This document shows, piece after piece, positions 40,396 through 53,639 of a stretch of 64,000 nucleotides of DNA; the stretch's first letter is position 1, and the number at the start of each line of letters is the position of its first letter. Below the pieces are notes generated by a model. That model did not search any database. It was not told where the DNA came from and saw only the letters and a program-made list of their open reading frames with translations. Origin of the DNA: Eledone cirrhosa (lineage: Eukaryota); NCBI GenBank assembly GCA_964016885.1, contig OZ024748.1, positions 1,488,001-1,552,000 on the forward strand, in the 5' to 3' direction. Position numbers and translations under genes: made by a program.

Positions 40396-41870
40396 ATCAT
40401 CATCATCATCATCATCATCGTTTAACGTCCATCTTCCACGCTTGCATGGGTTTGGACAGGAGTTTTCCCACTTGAGGCAAGATTTGTTGTCCTGCTCGTA
40501 TAGGACTGTCTGGCGGGTTTTCTACGGCTGGATGCCCTTCCTAACACCAACTACGTTTACAGTGTGGACTGGGAGGTTTTTACCGTGTTACCTACACGGT
40601 CACATTACAGCGTGGACTGTGTGTTTTTTTTGTCGTGACACCTACACGACCTCATTTGTTTCGGACTGGATGTTGTGGTACCAACATAACTTCACATTTG
40701 GATGGGGTGGGGGTAGTGGGACGGGGGGGGGGGGGGGGTATTTTGGTTAAGAGGTGCCTACTGACTGTAGGTTTCGCTTTGTACTTAGGCAAGGCGGGTC
40801 TTCTGTATTACTGTGTAGCGCCAAAGATCTCGGTCCAGTGACATTGTCTTGGAGAGGTGTAAGTGTGTGAGGTCGGAATTTATCAAGTCGTCCCAGGTTT
40901 TTCTGGGTCTGCCTACTCCGTGGCTACCGTCTATTTTTATCGCCCTGCACTTTTTTATACAGCTGTCGTCTTTCATGCGCATCACGTGACCGTACCAACG
41001 TAGTCTTCTCTCGAGTAAACAACATCTGATCCCTCTTATTCCTAATTTCTCCCTTCCAGCGGAGCATGCAAGCTTCGTTTCTCTCCAGTCTGCGTATATC
41101 CTTTGCACACAATGCCCAAGTCTCACTGCCATGTAACATTGCTGTTCGTATGCAGGCATCATACAGCCTGCCTTTCATTTTTAGAGAGAACCCTTTAGCG
41201 GCCAATAGTGGTATAAGCTCTCTGAACTTTTTCCATCCCGTTCTGACTCTAGCTACTGTACTTTCAGAGCACCCTCGACCACTGCTGATTTTGTCACCCT
41301 GGTAACGGAAGGTGTCCACTATTTCTATAGTACCATCTGTGCAATGGAATGAGCTAGTATTCTGTGGGCACTTGCCGCTACTTATTGCACCAGAGCACCG
41401 GCCACATATAAAATCTATATTCTTAGTTAGCTTACCTGTGATCCCACTACATCTTTTATGCACCCATACTTTGCATTTGGGACATAAAATGGAGTTTCTG
41501 CCTACTCCTTTCCTACACACTGAGCATGGCCATATGCCAGATGGGACCAGTGCCCTATTTTCCTTCCTACAAACTAGCACGTTAAGAACGGAGCCCTGAT
41601 GAACACCAACTTTTACGGTAAACTCTTCACTATATTCGTTGTTAATTCTAACTTTGCTGACTGTTTCTTTATACATGGTTTGTATAGCTCTCACCAAGCC
41701 ATTCATCAACACCTAGTTTTCTAAGCGCCCACCAGATAATGGAGCGGGGGATTCTGTCAAAGGCTTTCTCGAAGTCAACAAAAGCTAAGTATAAGGGTTT
41801 ACTTTTAGCTAGGTACTTCTCTTGTAGTTGTCGTACAATGAAAAGAGCGTCTGTGGTACTTTTACCTGAC
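40396..41870 (-). mobile_element. Internally deleted RTE LINE with an embedded PHD finger
   Basis: RT motifs STTDALFIVRQLQEKY, AFVDFEKAFDRIP and GVHQGSVL; YADD block absent; C4HC3 finger; RTE C-terminus and (CAT)n tail. Confidence 0.9.
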
Positions 41871-41938
41871 ACAAAGTATGTATATATATATGTATATCTA
41901 TATGTGTATGTATATATATGTATGTATATTTGTCTATG

Positions 41939-41969
<31 letters not shown>

Positions 41970-41971
<2 letters not shown>

Positions 41972-42400
41972 GTTGGTACCACAACATCCAGTCCGAAACA
42001 AATGAGGTCATGTAGGTGTCACAACAAAAAAACACACAGTCCACGCTGTAATGTGGCCATGTAGGTAACACGGTAAAAACCTCCCAGTCCACACTGTAAA
42101 CGTGGTTGGTGTTGGGAAGGGCACCCAGCCATAGAAAACCCGCCAGACGTGTAGGTGTCACGACAAAAAAACACACAGTCCACGCTGTAATGTGGCTTGT
42201 AGGTAACACAGTAAAAACCTCCCAGTCCACACTGTAAATGTGGTTGGTGTTAGGAAGGGCATCCAGCCGTAGAAAACCCGCCAGACAGTCCTATACGAGC
42301 GAGACAACCAATCTTGCCTCAAGTGGGAAAACTCCCGTCCAAACCCATGCAAGTGTGGAAGATGGACGTTAAACGATGATGATGATGATGATGATGATGA
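41970..42400 (+). mobile_element. RTE 3'-UTR fragment with an internal tandem duplication of about 140 bp
   Basis: Same 3' UTR as the 39706 and 40396 copies. Further UTR-only copies at about 16180-16360, 17241-17383, 18660-18860, 31862-32030, 39325-39480, 57000-57385 and 57955-58200. Confidence 0.8.
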
Positions 42401-43839
42401 TACATATACACATATATATATATATACATATATATACATATATATATATATACATATATATATACATATATATAAATATATATATACATATATATATACA
42501 TTTATATATATATACATATATATATACATTTATATATATATATATACATTTATATATATAGAGAGAGAGAGAGGGAGAGAGAGATGAGTAGAAGAGAAGT
42601 AACAAATGTCACCAATCTATTCTCATGAGAGCTATGTTGACAACATGACATTTCTACAAGGGAGCTTTCAGGAATGTCGTCCCATGTCAATTGTTATTAG
42701 TTTTGTTCCGTCCAGCATAGAGTTACGTCCCTTTACGATCTGAGTTCAAATCCCGCCGAGGTTGACTTTGCCTTTCATCCTTACGGGGTCGATAAAATAA
42801 AAGTACCAGTAATGCACTGGGTAATTGCTGGCCTTGTGCCTAAAGTAGAAACAATTATTGTTATTATTATTTGACACCATCCTTACGGGGTCAACAAAAT
42901 AAAGTACCGGTCACGCACTGGGGTCGATCTAATCGACTTCCCCCCTCCCCCAAAAAATTGTTGGCCTTAAGAAACTATTATTATTGGAGTGGCAGTATCA
43001 GTAGAGTGCCAAACATCATGCTTTGCAGCACAGAGTTATGGCCCTTTCTCAGTTCAAATCCCGCTGAGGTTAACTTTGCCTTTCATCCTTCCAGGGTCGA
43101 TAAAGTAAAGTAGAAACAATTATTATTATTAGAAATGTCTAATTTTTCATGATTTGAGATCTTTACCTTGGAGGAGTTGTTATTGTTGGTGTTGTAACCC
43201 CAGTTTAGAATCCAAGAGACCCTCCTTACCAACAATGTAGCAATTGTGCACTTTCTGCCCTCCACCATCATCTCAGTTGATCACTCTATTGCTCTCGCAA
43301 TGGAGTACATTTTGAAATAGTTCTCCTCCTGATCATCATCATTGTTATCACCTCAATTCATCTAAGCTAGCATGGGTTGGTGGGACCCTTTGAAGCAATA
43401 TTTCACAGCCAGATTGCTTTTCTTGACCCCTTTTTAGTTGTTTCTTACAATATGCAGTGATATGGTGTATCTATTCTAAACCAGATATGTATTGAGTACT
43501 ACCTTCTTGGGCAAGACACTTTATTTCACATTTCTTCACAACTACTCAGCTTGGAAATATATGCTGCAAGAGCTCCCAGGAAGGACACTCCTCTCCTCTT
43601 TAAATCAACCAGCCTTCAAGTGCATGTTCAGAGCAGGCCCATTCTCACAACATTCACTTTTTTAGTAAATGTATTGTGGGGCAGTACTTCCCTCTCCTCC
43701 TTCACCTTCCTTTCCAAGTGAGTGATTGGTTAACACTTATCAGTTGGTACAGCCCCTTTTCATTTGCTGGCAGAAAATATAAATTCTGTATTTACCACCA
43801 TCCCACTATCTCCGACAGGACCTAGTTGCTATGAATTAA

Positions 43840-44047
43840 CCCTTTAGCATTTAAACCGGTTGTAACTGGCCAGAATTCTCTCACCTCTTTCTGTTCAAAC
43901 CGGTTGTAACCGGCCGCTCATACCAACATTAAGGTATTATTCTCAAAATAAATAACATCAAAATCTCATAGATTCGATATTATGTGAGATGAAGCCTTTA
44001 CTACAAAAATACAATAGTATATATAGAATAATGTAAATGGTAAAAGG
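43840..44047. mobile_element. piggyBac-type MITE (about 205 bp)
   Basis: TTAA TSD and CCCTTTAGCATTTA / TAAATGGTAAAAGG termini. Copies at about 17224-17560 (interrupted), 33022-33231, 51419-51626, 52014-52233, 56050-56257 and 62037-62237. Confidence 0.85.
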
Positions 44048-44384
44048 TTAAAGCCATTGGGAATGTCGGGGGAAAGAATTTGATGTACAATATTAAATGG
44101 GGTACACAGGTGAATTGAAATCCGAAGACAATCGTTGGGTACATGGCAGTAAAATTCAATAATAATAATAATAATGATGATGATAAAAATAATAATATAA
44201 TCTTGTTGAAATAATAATTACAAAAATAAAATTTTAAAATATTGGAAAACATTCAAAATATCGTAATTTGGGAGGGTTATTTTGTTAATTAAAATCTCAT
44301 TTAATTAGCAAATTGCCCCTGCTAAAATTACGATATTGGTTACAACTAGGGTTGCACTATTTAATCTGTAGATAATCAATATTG

Positions 44385-44710
44385 AGAAGGTGTGTGACTT
44401 TGTGGTTAGGGTATTCGGCTTACAATCATAAGGTTGTGAGTTTGATTCCCACTGGCACATTGAGTCCTTGAGCAAGACACCTTATTTTTCACGTTGCTCC
44501 AGTCAACTCAGCTGGCAAAAATGAGTTGTACCTGTAGTTCGAATGGCCAGCCTTATCACATTCTGTGTCATGTAGAACCTCTCTGATAACTATGTTAAGA
44601 GTACACATGTCTGTGGAATGCTCAGCCACTTGCACATTTATTTCATGAGCAGACTGTTCCGTTGATTGGATCAATTGGAACACTCATCGCCGTAACTGAC
44701 GGAGTGCCTC
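44385..44710 (+). mobile_element. tRNA-derived SINE, third family
   Basis: tRNA-like head, TCCTTGAGCAAGACAC segment shared with the V-like SINE, and a different 3' body. Confidence 0.7.
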
Positions 44711-47526
44711 CTAATCAATATTGGCCAATTAATTGGTATCGGTCCTTTTTTTGCCGATTAATCAGTTTTGATAATCAGCCATTATTGATTTGTATTATCC
44801 CGCCGAGGTTGACTTTGCCTTTCATCCTTACGGGGGTCGATAAAATAAAGTACCAGTAATGCACTGGGTAATTGCTGGCCTTGTGCCAAAAGTAGAAACA
44901 ATTATTATTGATAGGTATGTATTAAATAGACCTCAGTGTATTACTGGTGCTTTATTTCATTCTTACAAGGCCAATAAAATAAAGTACCAGTAATACACTG
45001 GGGCCAATAAAATAAAGTACCAGTAATACACTGGGGTTGATTTAATCCACCACCCTCCCTGACCTAGTGCCTAAATCAGAAACCATTATTATTGATAGGT
45101 GGATTGGCAGAATCAGTAGAGCATCGGATAACATAGTTGCATAGAGTTATGGTCCTTTACGGTCTGAGTTCAAATCCCACTGAGGTTAGCTTTGCCTTGC
45201 ATCCTTACGGGGTCGATTTAATTCTACTCCCCAAATTACCTTGTGTCTAAAGTAGAAACAATTATTATTGATAGGGGTCTGTGTGCTGGAGCAAGAAAAC
45301 TTGGGCAGGGGTGGAAAATTTCTCCTTATATTTAGTTAAAGTAATATACAGGTCTTGTTACCTTTTTCTTCTTCTTTGTTCTTGCTCGATGGGACTGGTG
45401 GGGAGGAGGGGGTGTCCTCCTGGGTCAGCGATCCCAGAGATGTCATCATGTGTAGAGCTGACCAGACCGACCATTGCCCTTCATCACTGGTGGTCCTATG
45501 CCAGCCTCTTTACTATGTTATCTCCTACAGTAAAAATCAGCCTAATTTTGTCATCATGTACTCTTAAATACTAGCTCCATAATTGAGATTAATTATAATA
45601 TATTACTTACAATTAATTATAATCAACATTGGTTAATTAATTGTTAATTAGTCGTATTTTTTCCAGTGCATCCCTAATTGCAACACAATGTTTCATATTA
45701 AAAAAAAAATCTTGCAAAACAAATACAAAAACATTCTAAATATTTCTTTAAAAACGTTTTTGAAAAAAACCCAATAATAAATATATAAATTTTATCCCAA
45801 AACGAGGTCCCTTTTTAAAATTTTATTTTAATATATTATATATATATATATATATATATAAGGAGGAGGGCACTGTGCCTGAGGAAGGAGGGTGAATGGC
45901 TGATGCAGTGGGTGTTGCTGGCTGTTTTCTGTTGTTTGCAGGGTACAGATGAAATATATGGTCCAGTCAAGGCTGTAATGCTTGCCCTCCTCCCTTTCCA
46001 ATTTTTTCTTTTATTATGATATTGTAAATAAAAATGTTCTGTCTTTGGATATATTATAAGGGTTTTGTTGTTGTCAGCTGTTATTTTTGATTTTAAAAAG
46101 AAAAAAAATCAACATTTTTGGTATTTTTGCATCAGTTTTTAAAATCTGATTTTTGGGGGTTTAAACAACAGCTAACTATTGCTATATTCAAGCCATTTTG
46201 TATCGTAGGTATTGTTGTTTTTCTTAAAGACCATGCTGTACATTATCTTTGAACTGTCCAAATTCTTTGTTTGTATTTTTTACTATTTAATTATTATCTC
46301 TCTTCTCAAAGAGTCACAATGGTCAAATACCAGGACTTTAAAAAAAAACTTCTTTGCCCACTTATTCTTGAGATAGTCATGGGGGTAGAGTCTTTAGACA
46401 TGCCCCCCGGAGGGTCCTTCAAATGACCTGGCTGGATCTCAAAATGAGCTTGAAAAATTTGAAAAAAAAAAAAATTGCAGACCAGACCAGAAGAAACCAA
46501 GTGTGTTTGGCATGAGATGGGTTTGTTTGTATTCATGTCTGGGGAAGAGAATGCTAAATATTTCATTGTGTGGATGGTTTGTGTACTGCTTGTGTATTCT
46601 TCTTCTTGCTCAACGAGGCCGGGGTCATCCTAAGCCAGCGATCCCAGAAGCATCGTTGTGCACAGAGCCAACCTGGTCTACCAGTGTCCTTTAATGTTGG
46701 CGGTTCCGTGCCAGCTCTTCTGCATCTTCCAAGATGGTGCCAAGAATCCAGAGATCTTGTAAGACCCACAATGGTGGATGAGTACTGCCCCTACTTCTGG
46801 GACAGTCTTGCTGTTGCTCATGTTGAGATTATAGACTGCATTGATAGAAAAGCCTCTTGATAAATTGGTATAAAGTCACCCCCAAGACAACCTCCAGTCT
46901 CTGGCCCACAGATACGTTGTCTCCTCTTCTATTAGTACTACTACAATAGTCTTTAAGGTGGCAAACTGGCAGTCATTAGGGCGTCGGATTAAAAATGCCT
47001 CAATATTTGTTCTAGCTCACAGTGATCTGAGTTCAAATCCTGCTGAGGTCAACTTTACCTTTCATCCTTTCAAGACCGTTAAATGACGTACCTGTCAAAT
47101 ACTGGGGTAGATTCCCTCTCTTTCTCTCAAAGAAACCAGGAGGGGATGGATTCCGTTAGGTTTAAAATGCCCATGACCCCCCATGTGTCAGGAGGTTGCC
47201 CCTGTAGCTCCACCAGGAGTTAAGGAGGAAGGACCTTTATCTTACCTTTACATATAAGGGTCTCTGCTCTTAAAAGCTTGCTAGTTTCATGCAAGTTCCA
47301 TTCAAGCACTCTCAACATGCTCATATCTCCTCCTCCCACCACTCTGGAATACTTACAGAAGGAGAGGGAGGAAGAAAGAAAAATTGCAATGGTTATGTTT
47401 TGTTGTGACAAGTGTCTGTGGATGTTGTGAGTGATTTATGCCAATCTCCTGAATGGTGGTGGGCTGGGGGAAGACACACATCCTAACTCAGCCCTTCGGA
47501 ATATACAGTGTGTATTGGGGATAAAT

Positions 47527-47805
47527 GGAAGCATGTGGCTTAATGGTAAGGGGGTTGGACTTATGACCATAATGCTGTGAGTTCGATTCCTGGGCTGGGT
47601 TGTGTGTTATGTTCTTGAGCAAAACACTTTATTTCATGTTGCTCCGGTATACTCAACTGAAAATGAGTACCAGCAATAGATGGGAGTTTAACCCTGTGAT
47701 GGACTGGTGTCCTGTCCAGGGGGGAATATTGTACTCTCAGTCACTTAATGCCAAGGAAGCTAAGATAAGCACCGGCTTGATGAGCCTCCGGGCTTCAGAC
47801 TATAG
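47527..47805 (+). mobile_element. tRNA-derived SINE with a V-domain-like core
   Basis: A/B boxes (TGGCTTAATGG, GAGTTCGATTCC) and CCTGTGATGGACTGGTGTCCTGTCCAGGG. Confidence 0.72.
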
Positions 47806-48118
47806 ATTGGGGGACAAAAATAAAAACAACATAAATCTACCAAAGTGATATGACAGTTCAAGTATTAACCCTTTCAGTCACATTATCAAACTTCTATAAT
47901 ATATAAAATGCACAAATTCCTTACACTAAGACCATTGTTGTTCTGCTGAGAAAATAAAAGATTGTCTCTTACTATTTATATATTGGTATTGATCTTAAAT
48001 GTTCCAATGTGATTCACTAAAATGATTTGCCAAATTTATGCCATTTTATTCTGAATATTTAAACAATATTGATATCAAAAACGAATAAAAATAATTTACA
48101 ACTGATTCATGTTGTATT

Positions 48119-49315
48119 TTGACTGGGATGGTGGGATATAGTCAGACATTGTTGAGGGTGGGATGGTGGGATGGTGGGATATAGTCAGACATTGTTGAGG
48201 GTGGGATGGTGGGATGTAGTCAGACATTGTTGAGGGTGGGATGGTGGGATATAGTCAGACATTGTTGAGGGTGGGATGGTGGGATATAGTCAGACATTGT
48301 TGAGACTGGGATGGTGGGATATAGTCAGACATTGTTGAGGGTGGGATGGTGGGATATAGTCAGACATTGTTGAGACTGGGATGGTGGGATATAGTCAGAC
48401 ATTGTTGAGACTGGGATGGTGGGATATAGTCAGACATTGTTGAGGGTGGGATGGTGGGATGTAGTCAGACATTGTTGAGGGTGGGATGGTGGGATATAGT
48501 CAGACATTGTTGAGGGTGGGATGGTGGGATATAGTCAGACATTGTTGAGGGTGGGATGGTGGGATATAGTCAGACATTGTTGAGACTGGGATGGTGGGAT
48601 ATAGTCAGACATTGTTGAGGGTGGGATGGTGGGATATAGTCAGACATTGTTGAGACTGGGATGGTGGGATATAGTCAGACATTGTTGAGACTGGGATGGT
48701 GGGATATAGTCAGACATTGTTGAGGGTGGGATGGTGGGATATAGTCAGACATTGTTGAGGGTGGGATGGTGGGATATAGTCAGACATTGTTGAGGGTGGG
48801 ATGGTGGGATATAGTCAGACATTGTTGAGGGTGGGATGGTGGGATATAGTCAGACATTGTTGAGGGTGGGATGGTGGGATATAGTCAGACATTGTTGAGG
48901 GTGGGATGGTGGGATGGTGGGATATAGTCAGACATTGTTGAGGGTGGGATGGTGGGATGGTGAGATATAGTCAGACATTGTTGAGGGTGGGATGGTGGGA
49001 TATAGTCAGACATTGTTGAGACTGGGATGGTGGGATATAGTCAGACATTGTTGAGACTGGGATGGTGGGATATAGTCAGACATTGTTGAGGGTGGGATGG
49101 TGGGATATAGTCAGACATTGTTGAGGGTGGGATGGTGGGATGGTGGGATATAGTCAGACATTGTTGAGGGTGGGATGGTGGGATATAGTCAGACATTGTT
49201 GAGACTGGGATGGTGGGATATAGTCAGACATTGTTGAGGGTGGGATGGTGGGATGGTGGGATATAGTCAGACATTGTTGAGACTGGGATGGTGGGATATA
49301 GTCAGACATTGTTGA
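48119..49315. repeat. 35-bp G-rich minisatellite, about 33 copies
   Basis: Unit (GGG/GAC)TGGGATGGTGGGATATAGTCAGACATTGTTGA. Confidence 0.97.
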
Positions 49316-50037
49316 TATTAAAATACAATGGGTCCAATGCATTAAGCTTCAATAAAATAAACATTACTGATAGTTCATGTTTTATTACCATTATAATTAT
49401 TAATAGTATCTTTAGTTCAAAACTATACATAATACTTACCGGTCACTCATAGGAGAGACATCACAGGATCAAGTCAACTGTTAACAGTTGAAAAAGGAAA
49501 GCTCACACCAACAGTGTTTCCAAGAAGAGATACTGACAGATCAAATCAACTGTTGATATGTTGAAAATACAGAGACCACACCAACATTCAAATCTCCTAG
49601 AAGGAACAAATACTGTTATGTAAACTTGTTCAAATTACACCGGTATGAAAAAAAAAAACTGATACTGATTTCTAACAGATGCAAGGCCACAAATTTCTTT
49701 CAGTGCGGTTCAGTACAGTCACTTAATTTGAACCCCAATATTTAATCCACCAACAGAAGAATGAAAGACAAAAATCAACCCCAGTGAGATCAGAATTCAG
49801 AATGTGAACAGACATAATTGTGTGATGAAAGACATTTTGTTCAGCTCTCTGCTATTTCTATTAAGTGACTGCCTTGATATTAAAACAGCGGTAAAAGGCC
49901 ACAAATCTGTGGAGGGAGAAGTTAATCAATTAAATCAGCTCTGGTACTTGACTTTACTTTATTGATTCACCAGAAAAATGGAAGACAAAATTGACCTCAA
50001 TGGAAGTTGAACCATACTTAAGCACCAAAAGAAATTT

Positions 50038-50155
50038 TCTCCAATCCACTACCAATTCTATCTAACTTACTACCAATTTTACCAATCCACTATCAATTCT
50101 ACCAATCAACTACCAATTCTATCCAACCCACTACCAATTTTGTCCAATTCTCTAC
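50038..50155. repeat. Degenerate repeat of about 11/22 bp (CCAATCCACTACCAATTCTA)
   Basis: Direct reading. Confidence 0.75.
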
Positions 50156-50754
50156 CCTGATATTAAAATAATCATGACTTAAACTATGTCAAAGACATGA
50201 CAACCTTCTAAGTGTTGATGCCACAATAAAATACATATAGTGCATTCTGTAGCATGCAGAAACATGTAAACAATGAGCTCACACCAACTCCTCACTGGAA
50301 CCCATCTGAAAGGTCAGTAGCTCCGATTAAATACTGAATTGGTCTGTGACAACATCTTAACCCTTGCTAGCAAAGAAAACAGATGTTAAATGATGATGAT
50401 GATGATGATGATGCATGATATAAGGAATGGTGGTGGTGGTGATGGTGGCTCTATAATAATAATAATTGTTTCTACTTTTGGCACAAGGCCAGCAATTATC
50501 TCAGTGCATTACTGGTACTTTATTTTATCGACCCCGTAAGGATGAAAGGCAAAGTTAACCTCATTTGAACTCAGACCGGAAAGGGCCGCAACTCTATGCT
50601 GCAAAGCATGGTGTCCGACTCTCTACCGATACTGCCAATCCATTACACCACTATAATAATAATAATAATAATAATAAGTATTTATTACAAATATCAGTCA
50701 CATGACCCTAGCCCAACCGATTAACTTTTATTTCTATCTTCTCCTCACCAATAT

Positions 50755-50973
50755 TCAATCATCTTCCCTGTTTGTCTTAACTGTGTCAAACTGGTATTTT
50801 CTAGTCTGGCAGCAGGAAATTTGATAGAAAGTTTTTTGGGACCATCCTTCTATTTGTTCAACAGACTCAGGTAAAGGTTTCAGGTGGGTTTCAGGTAACA
50901 GCAATATGAGAAAAGCACCAATTAAGTTTAATGTACCGAAGATGATTAATATCACAAAGGGGACGTTTTTTGC
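50755..50973 (-). CDS. SLC22 transporter exon 9 (terminal)
   Basis: AKNVPFVILIIFG...LLLPETHLKPLPES...REDD* carries the LPET..LP signature. The nine exons sum to 1869 nt = 622 aa + stop in one frame. Confidence 0.93.
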   Translation of the reverse strand, partial: AKNVPFVILIIFGTLNLIGAFLILLLPETHLKPLPESVEQIEGWSQKTFYQISCCQTRKYQFDTVKTNREDD

Positions 50974-52517
50974 CTGAAAGAGAAGCAAAGGTACTGTTAG
51001 CATTTGGAAAATATTGAAGCAGTAACATTTTTTTCTTCTAACCAATATTTCTACTAATAAAGGCGGTGGATTATCAGAGTTGTTACAGTGTCAGAATATT
51101 TTGCAGCATTTGTTCAGGCTGTCTGCATTCTGAGTTCAAATCCTGTCAAGAGCAACTTTGCCTTTCATCATTATGTGGAATAAAATACCAGTAACGTATT
51201 GGAGTTGATATAATTGACCTTCCGCTCCCCACAAATTGTTGACTTTGTGCCTAAATTAGAAATTTGGCAGTATTGGTAGAGCGTCAGACGCCATGCTTTT
51301 CAGCATGGAGTTACGTCTCTTTACGGTCTGAGTTCAAATCCCGCCGAGGTTAACTTTGCCTTTCATCCTTACGGGGTCGATAAAATAAAGTACCAGTCAT
51401 GCACCAGGGTCGATTTAACCCTTTAACATTTAAACCAGCTGTATCCAGTCAGAATTTTCTCACCTCTTTCTGTTCAAACCAGCTATAACTGACTGCTCAT
51501 ACTTATGTTAAGGTATTGTTCTCAAAATAAATAATATCAAAATCTCATAGATTCAATATTATGTGAGATAAAGTGTTTACTGTAAAAATACAATAGTAAA
51601 TATAGAGTAATGTAAATGCTACAGGATTAATCGACTTTCCCCTCCCCACAAATTGTTGGCCTTGTGCCTAAGTTAGAAATCATTATTTCCACTTACAACA
51701 GATTACGAAACATCCAAAACATATTTCAAATATTTCAATTATTTGATAATGTTCACAATCGCTTTCTATTTTTAAAGCCAATTACTTCCCATGAGAGGTC
51801 AACCTGCTGGGAAAATTGTGACCTTCCTGCTTTTTCAGTAATCATCATCATCATCACTGTTTAGTGTCTATGTTCCATGCTTGCATGGGTTAGACAGGTC
51901 GTCCATGTTGAGAGACAAGTCTGGCCAGAATAAGCCACAGGAGGGTAGAATTTCAATTCAGAATGCTGCGCAGACCCACAACAGATACCACAAAAGCATA
52001 TGTGACTCTTTAACCCTTTAGCATTCACATTATTTTATATATACTATTATATTTTCATGGTAAAGGCTTTACCACACATAAATATCTCACATAATATCAA
52101 ATCTATGAGATTTTGAAAGTATTTATTTTGAGAACAATACCTTAACATCAGTTTGAGTGACCAGTTTCAGCCAGTTTCAACAGAAAAAGGTAAAGAATTC
52201 TGGCCGATTTTGGCCGGTTTAAACACTAAAGGGTTAATGATTCTGTAAACCACTGTCCCTGGATGGATACTCTATCTATTGGCCCCGATTTGAACTCAGA
52301 GTTCTGAGATATAGAGGAAGAATCAACCCCAGTATTGGATAGATACTTTTTTTATCCACCTGGGAAGGATGAAAGTGAAAGTTGATGGTATTTAAACCGA
52401 GTGCAGAACTGGAACAAATACTGCAAAGCATTCTATCTGATGTTCTAACAACTCTACCATTCTATCTGATGTTCTAACAACTCTGCTAATTTACCACCTT
52501 CAGTTATTGTTACTTAC

Positions 52518-52590
52518 TGTTAAAAGTAGAATTGGTGCAAATATTCCACCAAGGTTTTCAAAAAACGACGCAAGACCCATTGCTTGATTT
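52518..52590 (-). CDS. SLC22 transporter exon 8
   Basis: NQAMGLASFFENLGGIFAPILLLT (TM11). cAG/GTAAGT boundaries, 73 nt. Confidence 0.92.
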
Positions 52591-52811
52591 CTGCAAGAAA
52601 AAATGTAAGATATTGGCTTTCATTTGTTGAAATATATAAACTTATTGTGGTTTATATATATATATATCACAAAATCGAATTTCATCTGAGGATACCATTC
52701 TCATAACAACAACAAATGCATGAACTACATTTTGATAGCATGGAAGAACCGTTGAAATAATTATAATGAATAAACGATTTATGTAATATCAGCATCTTCA
52801 TCAATGTTATT

Positions 52812-52889
<78 letters not shown>

Positions 52890-52946
52890 TGTGTGTGTGT
52901 GTGTGTGTGAGTGTGTTTAGTATTAAAAGCTATAAACATAATATAC

Positions 52947-53073
52947 CTGATAGCAGTAGGGAAAAGCTCTGTAAATAGAAGATATAATATGCTGTAAGAT
53001 CCACTCATTCCAAACCTTCCAACCATTGTACAGAGTATTGTGACAATATAAACCAGTTGTGTCTGGAAAGTAT
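52947..53073 (-). CDS. SLC22 transporter exon 7
   Basis: MVGRFGMSGSYSILYLLFTELFPTAIR carries the ELxPT..R signature. cAG/GTATAT boundaries. Confidence 0.93.
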
Positions 53074-53456
53074 CTGAAGAAAATTTAGAATTCTGTTATT
53101 TCACTTTCAACTTATTAACAACAGCAGCAATGAATATTTCTAATATTGATATTTATTGAAAATTAAACTAGAGTTAGAAGCTTCAATGCACATGTTTCTT
53201 TTTACTATGAAAATAGTCTAACAAATTGTATAAAAAAGTCAACTTTTACAAAGTGCTGAAGGGATAAAGTTAATATAAAAATGGTGTGCTTATGTGAGGA
53301 GATGCTACAAAATAGCTTAAAAAATAGAGTGAAGACCCTGAAAGACTGAAAAAGAAAAATTGCCATCAGCCATTCTTTTGTTAAGTTATGATACAAATAC
53401 TATCTGAATGAAATAATTGATTCCTGACATTTGCACATTATTCTATGTACTATACA

Positions 53457-53639
53457 GTGGATTGGCAGTATCAGTAGAGGGTCGGACGCCATGCTTTGAC
53501 GCATAGAGTTACAGCCCTTGCTATTCTGAGTTCAAATCCCGCCGAGATTAACTTTGCCTTTCATCCTTACAGGGTTGATAAAATAAAGTACCAGTAATGC
53601 ACTGGGTAATTGCTGGCCTTGTGACAAAAGTAGAAACAT
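53457..53639 (+). mobile_element. Young SINE with 19-bp target-site duplication inside a CR1 3' UTR
   Basis: TTATTCTATGTACTATACA flanks both sides. Confidence 0.85.

Noticed and set aside
45280-46860. ORFs of 63-97 aa at 45.3 and 46.5 kb
   Set aside because: Two mutually similar, degenerate repeat (probably LINE) remnants with no recognisable intact domain.
47527-47600. tRNA gene candidates at SINE heads (also 3340 and 44390)
   Set aside because: A/B boxes are present but there is no intact cloverleaf, and they continue into SINE bodies.
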